Shown here: positions 36,004-46,453 of the stretch, piece by piece
How the letters are laid out: each line of letters starts with the position of its first letter
Numbering within the stretch: position 1 is the stretch's first letter
Origin: Macrostomum lignano
Lineage: Eukaryota
DNA: 64,000 bases
Direction: 5' to 3'
Assembly: GCA_002269645.1 (NCBI GenBank)
Contig: NIVC01000726.1
Location: forward strand, 32,400-96,399
Made by a program: the position numbers and the translations under genes
The notes under the pieces: model-generated
The model's input: only the letters and a program-made list of their open reading frames with translations
Databases searched by the model: none
Told to the model about the DNA's origin: nothing

Positions 36004-37449
36004 TGCCGCAATATTAGCTATGCACTGATTGACCTTTTGTTAACTAATTATTTAGATAATAACAGAAATCCTTCAAAGTTGATTGATTCCACAGGCGGCC
36101 CAGGTGGCTGGCCATGCATTAAAATAGAAGTTCAACAATCAATGGCCAACAGCCCAGGTTTATGTTTAATGGCATGTAATTAAAGTTCCATATTTTCTTA
36201 ATTCTTATTTTATTAAAAGATTCTGTAGATTAGAGAGCCTCAGCAATGTAAAGGGTAGTGTAGAGATGCTGGTACTTAATTTTTTTCATTTTGGCATCAA
36301 AATTTTGTGCTTTTGTTTTTAAAACGAAAACTGCTTAATGGCTTTGTATAAAATTCACTGACATGTCAATTATTGCTTTATTCCAGATAAATATTCTGAT
36401 TGACCCTTTGTTGCCATCATCACTTCATTTGTAAATGCAGATGAATATGCAACTAAAAGGTGAAGGCTTTTTGCTGGGTCATGCAGCCCCTCTTCTTATA
36501 TTTTAAAGCTGCTTGCAGTATAAGTTGTAATCACTATGACAACTAATATAATCATATTATTAATCCTATTTCATGATTTCATTTGTCATGTCAAATCATA
36601 AATAGAGATAGACCATTTGTCATAGATTTGCAACATTCTGGATCTGTCTAGTGTTCAATAATTGTCTTTTTAATCAAAAAAAATTTTAACCTATGATAAT
36701 AGAAGATGATTAACATTGACAAAAATAATTTTAACACTATAAAATGCCTTAAAACAATTTTAAGGCATTTCTTTAAATAGAAAAACAATTTCAAGATTGT
36801 CTAGATTGTATGGGATTCATAGCTTCAAAGCTTTAAATAACAGCTTTAAGTGAAAAATGGATTTAAAATATTAATAAATGATATGTTATATAATCAAAGA
36901 GATGGAGGTATCCATTAACAGTTTGAAACAGTTGAAATCTAAAAAAATCTTCATATTGTATGCTTAGGCCTAAATCTTATCAATAGACAAAAATATGGCA
37001 AATGAAATGACCACAACTTTTCAAATGAATTGAATAAGCTTAAAGGATAATTTATCTTTTTGGCAAAAAATGAATTTAAAGCTAGAGTCAAATCTGTAGA
37101 AAGCAGAGATTGTATAGTCAGTAGGCCTAGATACAGTGTAGTTGAGACAATAGGCCATACTTGTATGTCATATTTGTAAATCTATATTTTATCTTATTTA
37201 TCTCTAGGTCTCTAAGACTAAGACTGAATATGACAGATTCTGACTCTAGCAATTTATCAATTTACTAAGAACTAGGCGATGGCTAGTCAATTAAATTAAC
37301 TATAGATGAGTGCAACCTTGCTCAATGCAATTTTGGGACTTTTGTAAAGAGCTTAAAGGTTCAGAGAATGATGGCCATAATGCCATGGGTGACCAAGTAG
37401 ACAACACACTCTACTAGAACCTGATTCCTGGTGCAAAAGCCACTGCCAC

Positions 37450-37760
37450 TTCATGGCTTGCAGCTAATAACTAGGGATACACTCTAAAAGCCAATCAGCA
37501 TGGTATTGATTATGTCGCATGGCAATGCCACTATTGAAAATGGATTTTCCATGAATAAAGACATGCTAGTGTCTAACCTACAGGATTACTAGATGTCCCT
37601 ATACTAAGTCTAAGATGCCATAATAGTACCTGGTGGCTACAAGAACATCTTACTTTCCAAGAATATTCTATCAAGTGTGAGAATGGCCAGATAGTACTAC
37701 TATAATGCCTTGGAAGAAAAGACAACAGTCACTATATCCTTGAAGAAAAAAGCAACTAAT
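37450..37760 (+). pseudogene. Degenerate DNA-transposase relic (hAT-like C-terminal motif)
   Basis: One frame reads L*KPISMVLIMSHGNATIENGFSMNKDMLVSNLQDY*MSLY*V*DAI..GG..NILLSKNILSSVRMAR*YYYNALEEK. It resembles the SHG.A.VERGFS.NK transposase-type motif. Five stops, no frameshift. Confidence 0.6.
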
Positions 37761-39423
37761 AAGATTTTTTTTGCATTGAACAAGAGCTCAAACTCTATCA
37801 ATGTCAATACCTGTTGTTCACATCAGCAGTGAACCAATGGCACTGCTTGCTTTGATAGCAATTGACAATGCTATATCAAATGAAACACTAAATAGATTAG
37901 AGTGAAAAATTGATAACTATATACCATATACTGTTTTATCTAACCATTAGTAACAATACTAGGCTTATAGCTGATACAACAGATGCTGATATTATAAATG
38001 CAAAGAATATAGTGGAGCTTCTGCAATATGGACATATAAAGCTCTTCCAAAGGCAATGATTTCATCTTTTATTGCAAGCCATGTCTACTTAAAAATGTAG
38101 AGTGCTAGTCTGGTGAAGTAACACATTTTGGCCCTAAAAGCTCCTATCCAGATTGAATGTATTTTAACCAATGAATGCAAAAACTAAGGACATAACTCTA
38201 ACCAATAAAAAGTAGCTATGTACCATCCAATGCGATCAAGACTAAAAAGTACTATAAAAGCCCATATCAGACAAGCAAGAAGCTTGCCTCCTTTTTTTGC
38301 CTCCCTTTTTGCGCCTCTTTTCCACCTCTCTTTGCCTCTTTTCTGCCTTTTTTTGCCTCTCCCTTTTCCCCTTCCTTCTTTTAGCTTTTGTTAGCTATCT
38401 AAGAATTACTTCTGATTGAAACAGTTAAGGTCTCAACTCAAATACCAAAAATGATAAATTTTTTTCATCATCAGGAAAAGTCAGTTGAATCCGCCACCTC
38501 AGTTATTTGGCTCTTACATTGATATTTGAAGTAGACATAGAGCCATAGAAGTGAGACCAGACAACTAAATAAACAACACAGCATATTTAAAATATTTCAC
38601 TGGTAGGCTGCCAAGCAACTAATCTATTATGAAGACACAATTCTATCAATGGCATATGCAAAGGGCAGGGCAAGGTGGCCACAGCCTATCCTTATCATCT
38701 GGGATGCTGCATATTTCATCAATCTTGCTATTACCAATATGCAAGATAGACCAAATAGGCATGTGCTAGTCTGCTTTATAAAGTGGGCCAATAAATTTGC
38801 CCATCTTTTAGGACCTAGGCATGGCTTTGCTATTATATAAGTAGGTCACACTAATTCCAATTGAAGGAATAATGAAAATGTATAAATAAGTGTCACAATA
38901 TAAGTTCCAAAATGCAATGTTATTAATGCTATTTATATACTACAGGTAAGGATTCAACTGCATATGCTATCCCTACCTTTCTGATGCAGAGGTTCTTAAG
39001 CTTCTCAATAAGATAGTTACAAATGACTATGGCCAGCTGCATAATGCATTTTGTAAAGAAAATCTAAAACTATAGAGTCAGCAAGACATTTCAATATGAA
39101 ATATTTGGCAGTGACTTTGTCATAGAGCTCTTATGTTTGCAAGAACTTCTGGTTACTATCAAGGCATTTATGAGTATAGTTCAATATTCCCAATTTCCTT
39201 ATTAGGTCTGCATCAATTCCACCCTTTAGTAGACTGTAGCCAATTTTCATTGCATACGAGGCAACCACATGCAGGTTGGTTTAAAGGTTAAATACATTAA
39301 AGTTTTTCACTAGTTTTTGGCTAGCTATATAATGAGTAATGATTTGATATATATATATAGATCTATAAGATCTAAAATAATAAAGTAATAAACTGTCATT
39401 TTATTAAATCATAAATGCAATTG

Positions 39424-39462
<39 letters not shown>

Positions 39463-40367
39463 TTAATTTTATTAAACGAAATTAGGTGACTTTCTAAAAT
39501 AGACATCATTTAATAAAATGACTGTTTATTAACATTAACAATACAATAGGTTAGATTTGCTATAATGTATACCAACTCAATTCATCTAAATGATAAATTA
39601 TAGGCATCCCATTGTTGACAGCTTGGCTTATTGATATTGCCCCTGATGAGCAGGCTTCATCTTAGACTTCTAGCAGGCAATGTTAGCCTGGTGGTCCTAT
39701 CCATTGGCAACTTTGTAAGCAAAAGATAGAATATAATGTTTAGGAAAAATGTTTTATTCTACCCTATTTCTATTAATTTACCCTAGTTATAGCCTTAGAA
39801 AACACTTTTTTATATAGGTTATTAAAAACAACTTCATTGATTCAAATGCTATTTGAATAACTTTGAATAGGCCTAACTTAAATAATTTGAATAACTGCCA
39901 GCTAGATTATGCAATCCTTGATGCTATAAATGCCATATTAATAAAAACTTGGGGCACCAAGGTCGAATGTCTTATGACATGGCATCTAACAATATTTTCT
40001 ATAAATTGCTATAGATTGCTTGGACAAGGCTTTGCCATAGTAGTTATAGATTTGGCCTTACTTTACAAGAGCAATTTAGAAACCACAAGGCTATGGCTCT
40101 ACTACAAGATATTGCTAAAATTTTAGCACACACTTTAAGTTGATGCTTGGTTGGCACATTCACCTTATTGTCAAAAAGGTGCCCAGTGTATACCAGAGTT
40201 GGTTGGGGAAAAATTTAAGGATTTATACCATATGTACCAAAAAATAGAAATGAGACTTTGTTATAATATACCAAAATTTCAAAATTGTGCAACCTTACTT
40301 CTATAACAATAAAAGACCTTTTTTGATGCAACAATAAGGCCCTTTTTGCATTGCAACATTTGGTTTA

Positions 40368-41246
40368 TAGTGTTGGGCACCAGTCCGTTAATAAGCATTA
40401 ATCTGTTAATAAACATTAATAAGTGTTAAGATTTTTCATTAATGTTAACGGACTGTCGTTAAGATTTTTTTGAACTAACGGATTAACGAATTTGCATTAA
40501 AAATTTTGTGAATTAACAATAAATTCATTGTTAAAGGTAGTGTCTATGTCAATGACCAAAGATGCAAAGAAGGAACGAAAAATAGAAGTCTTACAAGAAG
40601 TTTAAACATTACAAATGTATTTGAGCTTACCTATATGCCTAAATATAATCTCTTTATTTATGACGATGATCATACAGACGTACATGTAATTAACAACTTC
40701 TTACAAATAAACTTTAAAATAATAAATTAAAATAGTGTGAAACTTTATTTCTTGCTTGTGAGCATCGATCGCTTTGATTCACTTCTGTCCCAATCTTTTG
40801 CAACTTTCTGCTGCACCTGCTAATGGTACTAAAACAACCTTCCTATGCGTATTTAAGTATGAATTTCTCGCCATTAGCTTTTAAGTTTCAAATAAAATAA
40901 GTTACTTTTTTACCATATGCTTTACTTTTAGTAGTATTATGCATGCAAGTTTTTAAAATGATTATTTATTACTTTTTTAGCTTTTAAATTGCTTAGATGA
41001 CCTCTGTGTTTTGCTAAAAAGATGGAATAGCAAAGACATGCAACACGAAGTCTGTTTTGGAAAAACGTGCAAGATTTCCATATTTTCTGTGTTAACTTTA
41101 ATGGATTAAAGCTTATTAACAATTATCAGTTAACTTTCAGTTAACTTAATGAAATTAGAAGTTAAAAAGTTAAGATTTTTTGTTGTAACGCTAACACTTT
41201 TGCTATTAATGGAAGTTAAGATTTTCATTAATGGTGCCCAACACTG
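40368..41246. mobile_element. hAT-like MITE
   Basis: TIR (T/C)AGTGTTGGGCACCA at both ends; degenerate 8-bp TSD TTGGTTTA/GTAGTTTA; subterminal GTTAA-rich repeats. Confidence 0.65.
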
Positions 41247-41809
41247 GTAGTTTATATGTACATTATAACAAAATGAACAAAATGTCTATTTCATTTTTAT
41301 GACTTAAAATTATATAAAATTCTAACCTATTTTTTTTAAATAACATTAGACTACCATAGTTAATTAGGCCTAAGATTTTTTTATTTTTTGTTGGCACTCC
41401 TTTTACTTCTTAAATCTTAACCTTAAACTTCTTCTTCGAAAATTGAAATGTACTATCTTTTGTTATGGAAACTATTAAAATGCTGGTACCAATTTTCAAA
41501 TAGCTTTATATACCACTTTTTATATGCTATATATTTTTTTGATTCAATCAAACATGCTAAATATACATGCCAATGAACTATGAAAGGCTAATGCATGCTA
41601 GTAAATTTAGGCACATAAGATACTTTCTTGATTATAATATGGGCAGCACCAGTTGATCAACACAGAACTGTTAGTGTTTTTTGTAATTGGCTAACCATTT
41701 TACTAAGAACTACTAGGGCCTATAATGTTATAACTGTTAAAGCTAAACTAAACTTTGAATATTCTAAACCATGCCTAATTTTAAACTTTTGTATCAAAAT
41801 TTTATTATG

Positions 41810-42411
41810 GAAGTGCTTATCCCCATGGTCCCCTGCCAATAATTCCAATTTTATCCTTGTCAATAATTTCCAGCTTATCCCTATAACAGCTTATTGAAAT
41901 AGCTGCCACCATTCAAGTCTATAGGCTGTGTCAATAATTACAATTTTATCCACACGGATCCATGTCAATATTTTCAGTTTATCCCCATGGCTAAGATTGT
42001 GTAGTTGTTTGTGTTTAGTTTTGTGTACTGACATTAAATCAATATTGTCATTATTATTAGTATTATTATCATTATTATTATATTTTGAATTTTGAATTTG
42101 GCAAGTCTTATTCACCTTGATCTTTAGGTTGTTTGGTCATTTTAAACAAAGCTGGCAGCTAAGCAAATTTAAAATTAACCCTTTAATGACAAAATGTGTT
42201 AACAAACTACTCAATACTATTCAATATTCAGTACATAAACTTTATTTAGAAGATTTATAAAACAGTGAAAACAAAAAGACAGTTTTGAACAGATTCATTT
42301 TAAGGTTCTTTATTTCAATAAGCTGTTGTAGGATGAGCTAGAAATTATTGACACAGATCCATATGGATAAAATTTGAATAATCAGCATGGGACCCTGGGG
42401 ATAGGCGCTTC
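41810..42411. mobile_element. Foldback/MITE-like element with about 90-bp inverted arms
   Basis: 41810-41899 is the degenerate reverse complement of 42313-42411. Confidence 0.6.
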
Positions 42412-42575
42412 TTTTTAATATAGGCCTACCTAATTATTGACCTTGCATATTTTTTGTCTATTTGATTTTGCATTTGCACTAAATATGTTCTATGGTTTTG
42501 TTTTTAATATGCTCTATTTTACCTATGGCTATGCTAAATATGCTAGTATGCTTTTTGTATTCTATAATTTTTTTC

Positions 42576-43727
42576 TTATAGTTTGCTTTCTCATAAAATT
42601 CATATCAGAGAAAAAAATTGGCCTTGTCAAAGTGGTTATAATTTCTTAAAAAGCCTAGTAACACTAGTTTGTAATTCACACAAAAATTAGGCCCCTATGT
42701 ATTACTTTCCAAAGTATTTTTAATACATTATCATTTATCTTTGTTGTCATTTTATAGTAAGAAATTCTAAGTGTTTAGAAGGCTTTGCTCATATAAATAA
42801 TTTATAGGCCTAGGCTACCACATGTTATTTTATAATATAAGTTATTCTCCACATTATTCCATACATTATTCCATATAATAGGCCTATCTATTATCCATAT
42901 GGAACAATATATAGTCATAGAACTTGTGGAATAACTAGGCCTAGCAGAATGTGTGGAATAATATAGGGAATAGGCCTAACATGTATAATAATATGTGGTA
43001 TATGTTATATGATCATATTCATTATTTACTCAAGGAGGGGAACTGGGAAAAAAGACACTAAGAATAAGTTATAAGAGTAAGGCCTAGTGCTATAACCTTT
43101 TAAGTCTAACTTAATTAGTCTAATCTTAGACTTAGTAATGCCTAGATTGGAAAATAATATATATACCAATAAGACCACATAAGCATACTAGAATTAGACT
43201 AAGATACTATTAGAGTTAGACTAAAATGCTACCAGAACTATACTAAGATAGGCCTACTATGCTACCAGACCAAAAAGATACTGAGACTTATGGCTATGCA
43301 AAGATAAAATAGAGTGCAATAATAGGGATTAAAATAGAAGGCCTAGAGAAATCAGATCTAGTACAAATAAAACTTTGGTAGCAACAGTGAATTTTTTAGA
43401 AGACAGTAGAAAAGCACTATGACAACTTTGCTAGCTTAACAGAGGGATAGGCCTAGGCCCTATTTATAAAGACAGAAGCGAGAATGGTCCATGCTTACTT
43501 TAGTCTTTATCTCTAACTGGTCTAATTTCAGTATAGTACAAAAAAATTCATAACTTTGTCAATAGGCCTACTAAAAAAACTAAAATTTTACATAGAAGCA
43601 TAGTTTCTTGCCCCGCATGTTTTTAATAAATTTTATGAATTTACTAGGCTTTTTAAGAAATTATAACCACTTTGACAAGGCCAACTTTTCTCCTCTGATA
43701 TGAATTTCATAAGAAAGCAAACTATAA
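42576..43727. mobile_element. Foldback-like element with about 85-bp inverted arms
   Basis: 42576-42661 matches the reverse complement of 43641-43727, including the perfect core GGCCTTGTCAAAGTGGTTATAATTTCTTAAAAAGCCTAGTAA. Confidence 0.6.
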
Positions 43728-44324
43728 TATAATGAAAAAATTAAAATCTAGCAAAAACAGTTTTTCGTCGAATTTTCTAGCCAATAAGCCAACCAAAGTA
43801 GCAAAAGAAAATAAATATATTTAAGTAGCATTGGTTTTTTTTAGAAAATATTTATTTAACAAAATTTACTAGAAAAAGTATGATTTTAGAATTAGGGCCT
43901 AACTTGGCTGTCTCAACTTTGTCACCTAGAAGTAAACAAGCTTGCAGGGTGTAGTAAAATCTGAAGTTTTTAAATCACACAGAAGTGTCAACTTATGCAA
44001 ATGAATGAAAGGGTGCGTTCGAGTAGTAGCCAAGGCCCAAGAACAGGCCAACCTAGAGCCTCTTCACGGCTATCGATTCTCGAAGCAGAATCGGTTCGGA
44101 TTTCCAAGAAAAAAAGCAGTATAACTATTTAACTTTGTTGAATGTTTGACTGCTCTAACAGCCTCACTTTGCACAATTTTTCACTTTCTTCTTGGCTATT
44201 GCCATTCAATAATCACAATTTTAAAGCACTAATATCCCTCTAGTTTAGGAGACTAAAAGTTATACTTTACAAATTGCTTCTGGTTCTCGAACCATAACAA
44301 GAAATATGAAGAGCCTCCTAAATT

Positions 44325-44531
44325 AGGACGGGAAACCTCGTTTCTTAAAAAATTTTAGAAGGCAGGTTTTCCTGCCTCCTATCAGCAGGTTTTCCTGAAA
44401 CTGCCTCCTATCAAAAGCAATAACAATTTTTGTGCTGAAAAAATGAAAACTTCCTATCTTCGTAGGCCTAGTGTATTTTTTCGGGAAAACCTGCCTTCTA
44501 AAATTTTCTAAGAAACGAAGCTTCCTGTCCT
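44325..44531. mobile_element. Small MITE with 48-bp inverted repeats
   Basis: AGGACGGGAAACCTCGTTTCTTAAAAAATTTTAGAAGGCAGGTTTTCC versus its near reverse complement at 44484-44531. Confidence 0.6.
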
Positions 44532-44782
44532 TCTACTTAAGTCGTCCTTGGTAGTAGCTCGAAAATTTCAATTTTTTCTCTATCAACGCTCATTTGCAAA
44601 AATTGCTTTAAAAAGTCTGCAACTAAATGACTAATTATTCATCTAATTAATTGCCATATTCTGATGTTAATTGTAAAGTAACTCTTATTTAAGGATTATT
44701 AGGGTATAGGCCTATAATAAAATAGGCGGTGACTATTTGTCTGGTATTGGATGAATAACGTAACTATTATTTGTCCGGTACC

Positions 44783-45659
44783 GGATAAATAAAAGTGAAG
44801 TTATTTGTCTGGTAGGCCCTACTAGCTGAGCTGCATGAATTTGTATGCCACTCTGCAAATCTTTTCTTGCGAGGTATATAAGCCTGATGTTAGAGTGTCT
44901 TCCTGATGATCAAACAGTACTGAGTTTGAATCTGTAGTGATGACTCCACTTTTTAATTGTAAAAACTCCAAGTTTTATTGTAATAACTCTAATGCCTTAC
45001 TTTGACATTTGTGTTATATAGCAGCAAATGTCATTATTAATTTTGAATGTACTATGACTACTGTTTACTATCCCTATTGCAGCCAAGGTCTGAACCGCGC
45101 CGGACGCCCCCCTTTCCCGCGCCAGACATCTACCCGTACCGCGCCAGGGCCAGTCCCCAGGATCAGTGATTTGGTTCAATTTTCCCATGCCCCGCGCCAC
45201 GCCGCCGCGCGCCGCCGCCACACGACACGCCACCGCGCGCCGCCGCCATGCGCCGCGCCGCGCCGCCGCCAGGCCAATCCGTGCCGGACTCCATCCACGA
45301 AAATGGCCATTGGCTGCAATAGGGTTTACTATGAAACCAAAACATACCAATATATATAGAATAAAATAAAATAAGAGTAAAAATTATACAAAACTTTTGG
45401 TATTTTGCCAGAATTTGCCCTCAGCCTTCAATGGGTTTTGCCAACTGTGATCCTATCCTATAGCACTATTTAATCACAACAAATATTTTCTGCTTCTAGC
45501 CTAAAAGTGAACTATATACTACTTTTTTGAGTATTCCCTATATTTTTACAAGTTTTTATTATATCCAAACTGTAGGCCTACTGGACAATTAGGCCTAGGA
45601 CAAATAACTTCACTATTATTTATCTCATACCAGACAAATAACTTCATTTTTATTTATCC
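44783..45659. mobile_element. Inverted-repeat element hosting the GC-rich MITE
   Basis: 44783-44814 matches the reverse complement of 45628-45659 at 31/32; repeated TTATTTGTC subterminal motif. Confidence 0.5.
45072..45324. mobile_element. Young GC-rich MITE, 15-bp TIR, perfect 8-bp TSD
   Basis: TIR CCCTATTGCAGCCAA / TTGGCTGCAATAGGG; TSD TTTACTAT at 45064-45071 and 45325-45332; CpG-dense interior. Confidence 0.85.
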
Positions 45660-46453
45660 TATAGCCTATATATATCTATATACTAAAAATTTCCTCTTAT
45701 CTATAACTAGGCCTATCTATAACTAGTAAACTTTCTATAATTTCTTATAACTTTCTTGCCATGGTTGTAGTATGCCATTAGCATTACTACTAGAGGGCCT
45801 ATTAAGGATTAGGACCTCACTATTGGCTGTATTAGGCCCTATAGCTAGGCCTATAGTGGTGCAGCCATAAATAATATTCTACAGAATGCATCTATGGCAT
45901 TTAATTTATATCAAATTAATTGCCTTTTAGATTATTCTTTCTCTTTTCTCCTTCCTTTTCTACCCTCTTTTTTTCTCTTTTCTTTTCCCCCCTCTTTTCT
46001 CTTTCTATTCTCTCTTCTTTCCATGTTAGACAAAATAAAAATAGATTAATATATTATTGACAAACTAATTAGCTACCATTATACCCAATATAGCTATTTT
46101 GAGATATATCTATTCTATCAAAAGGATATTAATATGTAAGTGTTGTAACTTTTGGAGTAGTTAGTGTCTTAATCATAATGCTTTTATAGTTAGCTTAAAA
46201 ATTCTATATTTAGTACTTATATACTTATATTAAGTACATAATGTATAGTCTAAAATAGTACCTAATATTGTTTTGGAATACATGGAGGTGTTAAAGATAT
46301 TTAGTATTAATTTTTTATATAAATTTATATTTTACCATTGCAAACAACATGTTATAACATTTTTGCAATGCTTTTAACAATTTTCCCATAAATACTTTTT
46401 GCATGTAAAATCAGACTATCAATTTTTTTCATAACTGCAAAAAGCTAATCAGT

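Noticed and set aside
38280-38530. K/R/E-rich and LTFPDD-containing minus-strand relic
   Set aside because: Probably another decayed TE ORF, but too degenerate to assign.
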